This document shows positions 9,755 to 19,542 of a stretch of DNA of 64,000 nt, one piece after another (the stretch's first letter is position 1; each line of letters begins with the position of its first letter). The DNA is from an archaeon. GTDB lineage: Archaea > EX4484-52 > WAPT01. Both the position numbers and the translations under genes were made by a program. The notes beneath the pieces were generated by a model. That model was not told where the DNA came from. It saw only the letters and a list, made by a program, of their open reading frames with translations, and did no database searches. Location: NCBI GenBank assembly GCA_029258795.1, contig JAPDKB010000002.1, positions 64,001 to 128,000 on the forward strand, given 5' to 3'.

Positions 9755-10636
9755 GTGTGTTCGATGCCCTTTACGATATGTGTTGTTTCAGGTAAGGGTG
9801 GTGTTGGCAAGACAACGGTAGCCGCAGCTCTCTCCAAAATATTGGCAAGAAAGTACAGGGTACTTGCGGTTGATGCGGATGTTGAATGCCCAAACCTCCA
9901 CATCCTTTTGAAGGCAGGAGAGCTTGAGAAGGTGAGGGACGTTTGCACCACGCTTCCCGAGATAGATGAGAAGCGATGCATCCAATGCGGCAGGTGTGTG
10001 GAAGTGTGCAGAAAAAACGCGCTTTTCAGGAGAAAAGAAGGAGTTCCTCTCCTAATAGAAGAGCAGTGCAACGGCTGCAAGGCATGCTTCATTGTGTGTC
10101 CCACCAAAGCTATAGGGGAGAAAAAAGTTGTGATGGGAACGATAAGGAAGCGCGTGATCGAAAATGACAGGCTGGTTTTGCTATCCGGAGAGTTAGAGGT
10201 GGGACAGGAGGAGCCGACACCTGTTGTCAGAGAGCTGATGAGGGAGGTTGAAGCTGTAAAGCGTGATTTCGATTTTGTGGTGGTGGATGCAGCTCCCGGC
10301 GTGAAGTGCAACGTGGCTGCAGCTCTCGAGGGATGCGATCACACCTTGCTTGTTGTGGAGCCGACACCTTTCGGTGTTGAAGATGCGAAGCGAGTTGCGG
10401 AGCTAATCAAAATTATAGGTGTGGATGCTCATGTTGTCATCAACAGGTCTGTAAAGCGGGAGGAAGATGAGAAGAGAGTAATGGGTAGCGTACCATTTTC
10501 TGTAATCTGTACTTTACCCTACTCCACGGAAGCCGTTAGACTCTATGTGGCAGGAGATGTGGAAAAGATGGAAGGTATAGGGGATATCGCAAAAGCTGTG
10601 GAGAAGCTTGCGGAGCTTTCGGGTGAGGAGGGATGA
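9755..10636 (+). CDS. MinD-superfamily P-loop ATPase with inserted 2x[4Fe-4S] ferredoxin (COG1149)
   Basis: SGKGGVGKTT, DADVECPN, CxxCxxCxxxC twice, EPTPFG. Confidence 0.9.
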   Translation: MCSMPFTICVVSGKGGVGKTTVAAALSKILARKYRVLAVDADVECPNLHILLKAGELEKVRDVCTTLPEIDEKRCIQCGRCVEVCRKNALFRRKEGVPLLIEEQCNGCKACFIVCPTKAIGEKKVVMGTIRKRVIENDRLVLLSGELEVGQEEPTPVVRELMREVEAVKRDFDFVVVDAAPGVKCNVAAALEGCDHTLLVVEPTPFGVEDAKRVAELIKIIGVDAHVVINRSVKREEDEKRVMGSVPFSVICTLPYSTEAVRLYVAGDVEKMEGIGDIAKAVEKLAELSGEEG

Positions 10637-11514
10637 AGAAAGTTGTGGTTGCATCCGGAAAGGGAGGGACGGGCAAAACAACCATCGCGTCAAGCCTCGC
10701 GGTGACGGCAGCAAAGCATTGTAAAGTGGTGGTGGCTGACTGTGATGTTGACGCTCCCAACTTGAAGCTGATTCTGGGGAAAGATAATATGGATGGCTTT
10801 GATTTTGTGGAGGTCAGCACGTCGGAGAAGGCATGTGTGGGTGAGCAGCGCTGCATCAACTGCGGGAGGTGTGTTGAAGCGTGTCAGTTTAATGCCATGC
10901 AGTGGGACAACAAGAAAAAGCTACCGAAGGTCAAGAAGATTTACTGCGAGGGTTGCGGAGCATGCCAGCTTGTGTGTCCAGCTGGAGCCATAGAAATAAA
11001 GGCTGTTAGAAACGGTAGAGTGGGGTGGGGAAAGCTAAGCCCAAATCTCTGGCTGGTTTTCGGTGAGCTTTACGTGGGAGAGTCAGCAAGTGGTAAAATA
11101 GTGGTGGATGTGAAGAAGAAAGCTCTCGAGCTTGCAAGAAATATAAATGCTGACCTGTTCATTGTTGATGCTTCCGCAGGTATAGGATGTCCCGTGATAG
11201 CATCCATGGCGTTCATGGATCACGCTCTCATCGTTGCGGAGCCCACACCCTCAAGCGTCAGCGACATGGAAAGGATGCTCATGCTGGCGGAACACTTCAG
11301 GATGGAAAAGAGCGTGGTGATAAATAAAGCCGGGCTGAGCGAGAGATGGCGAAAGGAAATAGAGACCATGGCATCGAGATATGATGCGGAAATCATAGCC
11401 ACAATTCCGCACGACATGAGAGTTATGAATTCTGTATCAAGGCTCGTTCCTCTTGTTGAATATGAAGCCTCTTATCTTCCTTTATTCGAAAAAATTCTGA
11501 CAAGATTACTCTGA
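10633..11514 (+). CDS. Second COG1149 MinD-like ATPase with ferredoxin insert
   Basis: SGKGGTGKTT, DCDVDAPN, two CxxCxxCxxxC motifs, SGKIV, GIGCPVIAS. Confidence 0.9.
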   Translation: MKKVVVASGKGGTGKTTIASSLAVTAAKHCKVVVADCDVDAPNLKLILGKDNMDGFDFVEVSTSEKACVGEQRCINCGRCVEACQFNAMQWDNKKKLPKVKKIYCEGCGACQLVCPAGAIEIKAVRNGRVGWGKLSPNLWLVFGELYVGESASGKIVVDVKKKALELARNINADLFIVDASAGIGCPVIASMAFMDHALIVAEPTPSSVSDMERMLMLAEHFRMEKSVVINKAGLSERWRKEIETMASRYDAEIIATIPHDMRVMNSVSRLVPLVEYEASYLPLFEKILTRLL

Positions 11515-11994
11515 AAAGAACAGCTTCCTGTAATTCTCTGCTAGCTTAACAACCACAACCTTCCCTTCTTTCTCCCTGCTCACCACCCCTCTCTTCTCCA
11601 GCCTCTGCACAGCCCTGAAAACGCGCAGCTTATCAAGCCTTGCCTGCTTTGCTATCCTTGCCTGTGTACTCTCTCCACCGCTTTCAAGCAAGATCTTCAT
11701 AACTCTGGCCTCATCATCTCTGAGCAAGCTAAGCAATAGCTTCTTTTGCTGCGTTTCATTTCTGAAGCGGGGAGAAAGAAGGTAGTAGGTCGTGGTGCCT
11801 ATGAAAAGGCCGAGCACCCCTATGAAAGGAATAAAGAGGTAAACGGGAATGGCACAGGCGCAAATATCTCCTTCGTACACATGTTCCTGCACGTAAAGGG
11901 AAGAGAGAGCAACTATAAAAACAAAGATGGACAGAATAAGCATTGCAAGTATGATTTTTTTATGGAGAGTTTTGAATGATAACGAGCTGTCCAT
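11506..11994 (-). CDS. Membrane-anchored winged-helix protein
   Basis: Two TM helices flanking CAC, then a C-terminal wHTH (QARIAK...VFRAVQRLEKRGVV). Confidence 0.75.
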   Translation of the reverse strand: MDSSLSFKTLHKKIILAMLILSIFVFIVALSSLYVQEHVYEGDICACAIPVYLFIPFIGVLGLFIGTTTYYLLSPRFRNETQQKKLLLSLLRDDEARVMKILLESGGESTQARIAKQARLDKLRVFRAVQRLEKRGVVSREKEGKVVVVKLAENYRKLFFSE

Positions 11995-12052
11995 GTATCT
12001 GGCATGAGCGGAGAAAAACTTTTATATATATCTTTGGGTGCAATTAAAGGTA

Positions 12053-12985
12053 ATGCCCGCAAAAAAGCAGAGCTTTGGAGAATTTTTGAAGGATAATGTG
12101 GCAACGTCTTTCAAGCATGCGATCCACAGCAGGAGTTTTGTGATAGTTTATCTTTTTCATCTCGTGTTTTTCTCGGCGATGATTTACACAGCATTAAAAA
12201 TGGTTCCTTCTTTTCTCCAACTGAGCATCGCTCAAGAAATGGGGATCGGGCTTGCTGCAGGCACGAACACAGCCGGAATTCTAATGACGCAGTTCGTATA
12301 CTTGGGAGTGATATTTATCATATACTGGCTCCTCAGCTATGTCATAACGGTTGCAGTGCTGGTGGGATTTGATGAGATGAGACGCACCAAAAAAGAGGGA
12401 AGGTTTCTTGATCACTTCGTTTACGGGTTTTATCGGCTGCCCACATTGATAGGCATAGCTATCGTTTCCGCCTTGCTCATGCTTCCCGGTGCAATACTAT
12501 CCGAGCTGGTCAAGAAGGTGTCATTGACTGCCGGAAGCTTTGTTTATGACGTTTATTCCATTGTTCTCACACTGACCATTTTGCTTGCTGTGCCATATGC
12601 CGTGCTGAAGAAGGAAGGCATCCTGAGTTCCATCAAGAAATCCTACCGTGCCTTTAAGGACAATCCCGTCGAGATTCTGATCTCCTATCTTGTGGGGGTC
12701 GCGGTCTCGCTCTCTGTTGTGCTCGCATTTCTCGTGCCGGTTGGTGTTGTGCTGGTCATGAAGCTCTCTCCAGCCATATCACCACTCTTACAGCAGCTGG
12801 GTGGCGCAGCACAACAAAACCCGCAGCTTATGGTGGGTTCAATCTCCGGAATAGTAACCGCACTTTATCAGCACCGTTACTGGCTCATTGGAGGTTATGT
12901 TGTTGGCATTGTGGGTTTCACACTTTCTTACCTTTTCTGGGCTTCTTATCTAGTAGGGTTGTTCAGGAGGTACGGGAGAAAGTAA
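12053..12985 (+). CDS. Multi-pass membrane protein, unknown function
   Basis: About six hydrophobic segments; ILSSIKKSYRAFKDNP-type amphipathic repeat. Confidence 0.7.
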   Translation: MPAKKQSFGEFLKDNVATSFKHAIHSRSFVIVYLFHLVFFSAMIYTALKMVPSFLQLSIAQEMGIGLAAGTNTAGILMTQFVYLGVIFIIYWLLSYVITVAVLVGFDEMRRTKKEGRFLDHFVYGFYRLPTLIGIAIVSALLMLPGAILSELVKKVSLTAGSFVYDVYSIVLTLTILLAVPYAVLKKEGILSSIKKSYRAFKDNPVEILISYLVGVAVSLSVVLAFLVPVGVVLVMKLSPAISPLLQQLGGAAQQNPQLMVGSISGIVTALYQHRYWLIGGYVVGIVGFTLSYLFWASYLVGLFRRYGRK

Positions 12986-13065
12986 TTCGTTGATTGACGG
13001 TATTCTCTGAAGGGTGAATTCTAATGTTTTAAAAATTTAAAGTGTAACTATCAAGCGGTGAAATT

Positions 13066-13695
13066 ATGAATGATGATCGGGTAAATAAAATTAAAATCAT
13101 GTATGTTTTAATCCCGGTGCCTGTATCGAAATCTCCATTTATTGAAAATGAACACAAAACCTATTCTGAAAAGAGCAAGTCTGGTGTGATACATCCAGAA
13201 ATACTTTCTGCTGGTTTTGCAGCATCCCTTTTTGAGGATAAGCATTTTGAGCGCATTTATAAAAAGGTCGCGCGAAGATTTGGGAATCATTTAGGAAGTA
13301 GAACGTATGATGTCAAAAACAGAGGTTCTCTTCCACTAATGGTCATTGAGGCATGCTCAAAAGCTGTGGGTCTAGATGCTTTGGATCCTGAAGAAATTTA
13401 TATCCAGAATTTATTGGAATTCAAAAGAAACAAAGAATATCGAATTCAGGTTTTGAAAGAGTGTTCTGAGATGAGCAAGGGAGCGAGGTACAAAGACAAG
13501 TATGTGGAGGTCATACGCCAATTCTTGGGCGATATACCTTGGTACAAGAGAATAACGGAGAAATTAAAGGGCAAGCAGGGTGACGATTTTGAGAATATGG
13601 AAGGACTGGGTAAAGAGATTCATGAACACATTATCGATGGTTATTTCATCTTACATGATTACCTCCAACAAAAATCGTGTGAATGTTACGGGTGA
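13066..13695 (+). CDS. Hypothetical protein (AT-richer accessory block)
   Basis: 209-aa ORF with GGTGA RBS; no recognised motif. Confidence 0.6.
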   Translation: MNDDRVNKIKIMYVLIPVPVSKSPFIENEHKTYSEKSKSGVIHPEILSAGFAASLFEDKHFERIYKKVARRFGNHLGSRTYDVKNRGSLPLMVIEACSKAVGLDALDPEEIYIQNLLEFKRNKEYRIQVLKECSEMSKGARYKDKYVEVIRQFLGDIPWYKRITEKLKGKQGDDFENMEGLGKEIHEHIIDGYFILHDYLQQKSCECYG

Positions 13696-14792
13696 TGCAT
13701 ATGCAGGCTATGGAGCTTCCACCACTATTTAAGGAAACAGAGGAAAAATACGAAGTGCATAGGTTGCCTGAGTATATAATTACTGATAAAGAAGTTAAAG
13801 ATGAGAAAAAAGCTAACTCATACCGTGATAGCGGATATTTCGTTGTAGAGGGTAAAGTATATTCACTACCTCCAGAAGTTCCGGCAGCAGGACTTGCTTC
13901 TTCAAGATGGGATGATGACGAGATAGTAGAATATTATCTAAACTACCTTATCAGAGATTTTATCCCTAAAGAAAAGAAAAAGTTCGTTGAACACTATATT
14001 GATAACCCATTATCTATAGCTAAAACCTTGGGTCCCGAAAATATAATTTTGAGAGTTTTTGGTAAGGAAAGTATGAAGGATAAAAAAATTTATGAAGAAA
14101 AGGTAAAAGACACGGATCAAGATAAGCTGCGCGGATTACTTCCTGCTATCTGGGCAGAATATTATTTTCAGAATCCATTTTATCATATGTCCTACAGCCC
14201 GTATGAAGAGCTGAAAGAAGGAACAACGGCTAAAGACATATACCTTCTGTGTATTCACGGATTCCGTGACAATCCTAAATATAAGGAGAAAGCTCTACAC
14301 ACTTGGGGTAAGTGGAGCGAGCTTGTAGGGCACACGGATGATCCTCTTATCGAGAAATACCGCATTCTCAGTACAGACCCAGAAATGGAGACCAGACTGA
14401 GACGTGAGACCATGGAACTTCTGGCGGCACCTATTGCTGCCGGAACGATTCTCGGTGTCGGAACATTATCCACAGCGCTCCTCGCACAGACAGATGTGCT
14501 CAAGTGGGGCTTGAAGGCAGGATTTGAAGCTTACAAACACACAGGTGTTACGGGTGCGATTCCAGCACTAGCATATGGAGCGGTCGCGATTCCCGGATTC
14601 ATAATCGGCGGTACTGCAGGTTGGCTGGTCTACAACATCCTCGGAAAAATGGGTGGAGAGAAAATAAGTGAAGGAAAAATACGAAGGATAGAGGAGGATA
14701 AAAGCAGGGTGAGGACAGAGCTTGAAAAAGACATGGAAATCTATCAGAATCTTGCAGACAGTTACTACCGGATGTTAAGAGCTTTGGAATGA
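13683..14792 (+). CDS. Hypothetical protein with C-terminal Gly/Ala-rich hydrophobic hairpin
   Basis: 369-aa ORF coupled to the upstream gene; AAGTILGVG and GAVAIPGFIIGGTAG segments, then a charged helix. Confidence 0.65.
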   Translation: MLRVMHMQAMELPPLFKETEEKYEVHRLPEYIITDKEVKDEKKANSYRDSGYFVVEGKVYSLPPEVPAAGLASSRWDDDEIVEYYLNYLIRDFIPKEKKKFVEHYIDNPLSIAKTLGPENIILRVFGKESMKDKKIYEEKVKDTDQDKLRGLLPAIWAEYYFQNPFYHMSYSPYEELKEGTTAKDIYLLCIHGFRDNPKYKEKALHTWGKWSELVGHTDDPLIEKYRILSTDPEMETRLRRETMELLAAPIAAGTILGVGTLSTALLAQTDVLKWGLKAGFEAYKHTGVTGAIPALAYGAVAIPGFIIGGTAGWLVYNILGKMGGEKISEGKIRRIEEDKSRVRTELEKDMEIYQNLADSYYRMLRALE

Positions 14793-14793
14793 A

Positions 14794-17649
14794 TTAAGAG
14801 ACGGGTAAGGAAGGGTTGTTGGGCCAGTAATACATGGCATCTATTTGTGCATATGCCCATTCCTCCGCCATACCCATTCCAAATTCTGCCACCGCAAGCC
14901 ACGCACCAGCGGTAAAGTACGCTGCCACTACGTTAACCGCAGTCATGAAAGCGCTAACACCCAATTTCAAAGCCTGTTCTTGAAGGGTGCCGCTTCCATA
15001 GTAACAGAAGTTGTCAGTGTTTGTTGGAGCTCGAACAACCGAAACCGTGATTACGGGGTGAGTGGTTTTATCAATTAGCTGTTGAGGCACAATACCGTCT
15101 AAAGCACTTGTGAAGATATTGGGTGGATTACAGCTTCTTTTGACCTTAACGTTAGTCGGGAGGATATCAACATCTTCTCCAAGCCAATGCTTAAAGGAGC
15201 TGTAATCATAGAGTTCGTTATTGGCACGACCGGTGGGCTCAAAAATACCCCATATCGGATTATTCTCTGGTGTCTTTCCCACACAGTAAACTTCCTCTCT
15301 TATGGGTAAGGGCATACCATTCTCTACTATTATTCCTCCAGCACCAGTAACTTTAGCCACATAAACACAGGATTTAGGCCAAGAGGCACATATGTCTCTT
15401 GGAGGTGGTGTGAACGGATTCACGAAATCGGTAAACCAACTCCAGTCCGCACCAGAATAAGGTAACAAATTACACATTTGGATTAATGCCGCGCACTCCT
15501 CATACATTTTTCGAGTTTCATTATTATCATCTTTTGTTACTACGTGGTCGATTACATGGTCTTGATAATATTTTTGGAGGTCATCAAGCACCTCGTCATC
15601 AGAGTGTGAGTCATCGAATAGAACTAATTCAGTATGCGTTTTAATATCTTCAGGAATTTTTTCGGTGTCACAATTAAGCTTTGTTTTGACATATTCCGCA
15701 CACACATGTCTATCAAATCTAGTGACAGCACATTCTTTTGTGGCGGTTTTTGAAACCAGCAAGTCCGCTTTGCAGGGAGCGGCAAAATACATTCTTAAAC
15801 TTGAACCTCCCTTGTCGATCTCCACAAAATAAGGTCTGACTTCATCCACCAGCTTTATGGTTTGAGTTGCCCTCTCCGGGCTGGCGGAAGCCGTGAGAAT
15901 GTCCAGCAGGAACACTTTTTGAGGGGAGTAAACATGAAGTGTGTTATAGTCAGAAGGCAACTCCTTGACTTTGAGTGCCATGTCTATTTGCTGAGTGGTA
16001 TAGAGGAGTGCAGCAAGAGCACAGGTCGAAAATCTCTTGAAAGGTCTACCACTGCCTGTCAGAGCTGTGCACTCATAAGAGTTTTTCGCAACTTGTGCCC
16101 AGTAAGAATCTTCCGGTATGATCTGATCCGCAAGTCCGGTATCATCAAGCGCTTCCAGCATCCAGAAGGAGAAATGTGCACCTTCTCGGTAAGCCAGAAA
16201 CTTCATAACCTCCGGGAAATTCTTCCCCACCCCTTTCCAAAATTCCGGACTTAATTTTCGCTGACCCATGAAGCCATATTGATCGGCTAACTTTCTTATA
16301 TTATTTTTGAGCGCTTGGTATGTAGTTTCATCATTTAGAGCATCCTTGAGTATACCCATCGCCTCTTCTTTACTTCCAGCATTTTTTATCTTCTCCAAGG
16401 TTTCTTCCGGTAAGTCCTTCGCGATTGTCGATGCTATTTTGTTATCTGTTTTTAGAACTACCACTGCCAACTTGCTATCTAACTCACCACTTTTTACCCC
16501 CTTAACTATTTCATAGATTCTTTTCCATTGATCTCCCATTTCTTTTATGCTTAGAGTGTAACCTTTAGTGTTAAGATCTCCAAAAATTTCTCGAAAAACA
16601 ACACTTCCGTCCTCTCCATTTCTAATAGCATTTTGCAGCTTTTCGGCTGCTTCTTTGGCAACGTTTTCACTCACGCCTTTATTTTTTAACCACTTTTCAA
16701 AACTCTCCGCCAGGATTTCGTCTCCATCCTTTCGTAGCGTCTTGGCAAATCCTTCCAAGCCCTCAGTACAGCTTTTTAGTGCAATTCTGGATAGAACCTT
16801 CCCTTCTCCTCCAAATATTCTGCCCAAAAAGTTCAGTTTTTTAAGCGCCTTAAAAGCCTTCCCAGCTATACCGCCGCCAACGTTCAAAAATCCCGCAAGC
16901 ACCATACTTCCGAAGAGGTCTGCAGCTTCTTCAGACTCGAGCCATGCCTGCTCTTCTCCCTCTGGAAAAGAATTGTAATAAATTATGACATCAGGGTCGT
17001 AATATTTTGGTTTGATTCTCTCACCGAACTCAACTTTCCCGCTTTCATGCTGTTTCAAGTCAAAATTGAACACTTTACACTTGAATTCTGGTGTGTTCAG
17101 TTGAGAATAGTATTCAGTTATCTTCTCATCCTTGCTGGCGGGATTGCTCCATAAAGCATCTTTTGATAGCAATGTGCTGTTCGCACACACAACAACACTA
17201 TTACCGAACCTGTAAGCAACGGGTTTTTCCTCAGCATAGGCAAGCTCGATTCCAAATAATCCTGTTACAATGTTCTCAACCTTTCTCTTAACTCTTTTCA
17301 TATCCCTTATCATCATCGCCGTTGGGTTGTTTTTTCCAGCTTCTATTGCATTTATTGCATCATCAAATGTGTATAGAGGCTCTATCGTTACTGATCCTGC
17401 ATTGTTCGTTATTTCTGAATTTTCACAGGTATAGTCGTTAATGTATCCTGCAGCCTCACTGTTTATTGCGCAAGCTAACGCTAGAGCTGAAGCCTGGCTT
17501 ATGGGGTCGATTTTGAACTCGAGAAGCTTGCTTAAGAATTCATTCAGGCCTATGATGAATGCCACAAGAAGAAACAATATGAAAATGAAGAGAAGTATTC
17601 TAAAAATAGGTTCTTCTTTCAACGTGGCTTTGGTACGGGAGAGTTTCAT
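14794..17649 (-). CDS. Large (951 aa) Cys-rich membrane-anchored surface protein
   Basis: N-terminal basic stretch plus TM helix, many Cys, internal amphipathic Gly-rich segment, C-terminal hydrophobic hairpin. Confidence 0.8.
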   Translation of the reverse strand: MKLSRTKATLKEEPIFRILLFIFILFLLVAFIIGLNEFLSKLLEFKIDPISQASALALACAINSEAAGYINDYTCENSEITNNAGSVTIEPLYTFDDAINAIEAGKNNPTAMMIRDMKRVKRKVENIVTGLFGIELAYAEEKPVAYRFGNSVVVCANSTLLSKDALWSNPASKDEKITEYYSQLNTPEFKCKVFNFDLKQHESGKVEFGERIKPKYYDPDVIIYYNSFPEGEEQAWLESEEAADLFGSMVLAGFLNVGGGIAGKAFKALKKLNFLGRIFGGEGKVLSRIALKSCTEGLEGFAKTLRKDGDEILAESFEKWLKNKGVSENVAKEAAEKLQNAIRNGEDGSVVFREIFGDLNTKGYTLSIKEMGDQWKRIYEIVKGVKSGELDSKLAVVVLKTDNKIASTIAKDLPEETLEKIKNAGSKEEAMGILKDALNDETTYQALKNNIRKLADQYGFMGQRKLSPEFWKGVGKNFPEVMKFLAYREGAHFSFWMLEALDDTGLADQIIPEDSYWAQVAKNSYECTALTGSGRPFKRFSTCALAALLYTTQQIDMALKVKELPSDYNTLHVYSPQKVFLLDILTASASPERATQTIKLVDEVRPYFVEIDKGGSSLRMYFAAPCKADLLVSKTATKECAVTRFDRHVCAEYVKTKLNCDTEKIPEDIKTHTELVLFDDSHSDDEVLDDLQKYYQDHVIDHVVTKDDNNETRKMYEECAALIQMCNLLPYSGADWSWFTDFVNPFTPPPRDICASWPKSCVYVAKVTGAGGIIVENGMPLPIREEVYCVGKTPENNPIWGIFEPTGRANNELYDYSSFKHWLGEDVDILPTNVKVKRSCNPPNIFTSALDGIVPQQLIDKTTHPVITVSVVRAPTNTDNFCYYGSGTLQEQALKLGVSAFMTAVNVVAAYFTAGAWLAVAEFGMGMAEEWAYAQIDAMYYWPNNPSLPVS

Positions 17650-17686
17650 AGTTATGGTTTTGATATTAAGTGGTATTTATTGATTT

Positions 17687-17809
17687 TGGTGCGCCGGCCG
17701 GGATTTCCTGCTGCGGAACAGCCGGAAATGTGAGGGAGTTTCTTCCGCAGCAATCGAACCCGGGTCAGCGGCTTGGGGGGCCGCTGTCATACCACTAGAC
17801 CACCGGCGC
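17687..17809 (-). tRNA. tRNA-Gly(CCC) with a 49-nt T-loop intron (17704..17752)
   Basis: Acceptor GCGCCGG/CCGGCGC plus ACCA; anticodon arm GCGGC-CC CCC AA-GCCGC; intron stem GCTGCGG/CCGCAGC with a relaxed BHB (G.A mismatch in the central helix). Confidence 0.88.
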
Positions 17810-17888
17810 ACAATATCCAATCTTCTGCAAGAATGTTTTTGCCGGTTCAACCTTTAAATTTATTAATGATGCAACCCACAATTTCGTC

Positions 17889-18404
17889 ATGACTGGAATA
17901 ACGATTCGCGAACCAGAAATGAATGATGCCAAGCTTCTTCTTGAGTACTTTAACGAGCTGATGGAGGAGAGAACATATCTGGTTTATGATAGAAAGATGA
18001 CGTTGCGAGAGGAGAGAAAGTGGTTGAAGGAACAGCTGGAGAAGATGAAGAAGGGCAAGCTGGTTTTTGTTGTTGCCGAAGCGGACGGGAGGATCGTCGG
18101 CACAGCGCGTATAGAAAGAAAGAATGGTAGAGAGAGTCATCTTGCAGAGTTCGGGATAGCGGTATCCAAGGACTACAGGAGCAAAGGCATCGGAAAAATG
18201 CTGTGGAATGCAGGTTATGAACGCGCTAAAAAGCTATGGGGCGGAAAAGTGAGATACCTCATTCTGTATGTTTTTGAGAACAATGATATCGCACAAAATT
18301 TTTACAGAAAACTGGGCTTCAAGGAAGTTGCCCGCGTCCCGAATGCCATAAGATGGAACGACGGAAGTTTGATAGATGATATAGTGATGATGCGAGAATT
18401 CTGA
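17889..18404 (+). CDS. GNAT family N-acetyltransferase
   Basis: VSKDYRSKGIGKML (motif A) and NDIAQNFYRKLGF (motif B). Confidence 0.9.
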   Translation: MTGITIREPEMNDAKLLLEYFNELMEERTYLVYDRKMTLREERKWLKEQLEKMKKGKLVFVVAEADGRIVGTARIERKNGRESHLAEFGIAVSKDYRSKGIGKMLWNAGYERAKKLWGGKVRYLILYVFENNDIAQNFYRKLGFKEVARVPNAIRWNDGSLIDDIVMMREF

Positions 18405-18411
18405 TGTTTCG

Positions 18412-19434
18412 TCATTTCCTCTTCTTTCCACACCACACATGCACCAGCATTTCTTCCCTGCTAATTCCACCATGAGCACCTATAAGCTCAGCACTTTTTT
18501 GCCTCTCAAACGGGTAAACGAACCTTGCATTATTATCCGCTATTACCACCACATTTCCATACATCCTGTAACATCTTCTGCTTATTCTTCCTTCAAACAA
18601 TTCGGATAGCGCACATATCTCCACATATTTATCCTGAGGCTTAAGCGCCTTCGACACAGTATCAACAGTTGTGTCCTTGTAAAAAGCCACTCTGCTACCG
18701 CCGACAGGCACACATCCGTCTACTTCCGGCAGTTTGATTTTATGTGTGGTTTTTATCAAACCGTGATCGGATAAAATGATCAATTCCGACCCTTCAGGCA
18801 TCTTTTTCCAGAGATGTTTTACGAATACCTTTATCATTGCTCTCTCGACCGTCATGGCATCGTTATCAAAACTCTTGTGAAGTATGCGATCCACACCATC
18901 CCAATAGATGAGTGAGAAATCCGCTTCTCTGAGTGGGAACACCTCAGACAGTTGCTTTATCCCTACGATTTCGGCGTGCTTGCATGTCATTCTCGTGAAA
19001 ATGCTATCTGGATATGGCGTGTAGTAGCATGCTTTCAGTCCCATCTCGTATAACATTTGGGATAATGGCTTGAAAGGAAAGACACGTCTTTTAAGAATCT
19101 TTTCATCAACTTCTACACTTTCGGGATAAGCTACGTGCCAAGGAGGGATCTCCATTATCAACTCCTCTCCATAAACTTCAACTCTCGCATACCATTCCAG
19201 ATAGCCGTGCTGATGTGGATCCTTCAGTGAATGGAACGAGTATTGAAATGTGGGTGTGGATGACGGAAAGACAGTTCTATATAAGTGCCTTTTCAGGGAC
19301 CTTAAGCCAAGCTCCCTTGTACCAAACCCATCAATAAGAAAGAGTACAGTTGGGTGTTCCTTTGCAATTTCGGGAATATCTCGAATCAAATCCATCAATT
19401 TAGGTATCTCTTCATACCGGAATGAGCTCCTCAT
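18412..19434 (-). CDS. Alkaline phosphatase superfamily nucleotide pyrophosphatase/phosphodiesterase-like protein
   Basis: LIDGFG, FPSSTPT (Thr nucleophile), DRILH, LSDHG and AHGG motifs. Confidence 0.8.
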   Translation of the reverse strand: MRSSFRYEEIPKLMDLIRDIPEIAKEHPTVLFLIDGFGTRELGLRSLKRHLYRTVFPSSTPTFQYSFHSLKDPHQHGYLEWYARVEVYGEELIMEIPPWHVAYPESVEVDEKILKRRVFPFKPLSQMLYEMGLKACYYTPYPDSIFTRMTCKHAEIVGIKQLSEVFPLREADFSLIYWDGVDRILHKSFDNDAMTVERAMIKVFVKHLWKKMPEGSELIILSDHGLIKTTHKIKLPEVDGCVPVGGSRVAFYKDTTVDTVSKALKPQDKYVEICALSELFEGRISRRCYRMYGNVVVIADNNARFVYPFERQKSAELIGAHGGISREEMLVHVWCGKKRK

Positions 19435-19542
19435 AATTTAGTGGGGGGTAAAAAACTATTTAATATAGTGCTCTGTGGAACATTGTCTCGACATCTCAAT
19501 ACACGCGAACCATTTTAAAGTTTGGTTTTGCTCTTCTAAGGT

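Noticed and set aside
13000-17690. Integrated provirus or plasmid at tRNA-Gly or tRNA-Tyr
   Set aside because: No integrase, capsid, packaging ATPase or duplicated tRNA 3' end was found by eye, so these are reported only as accessory blocks.
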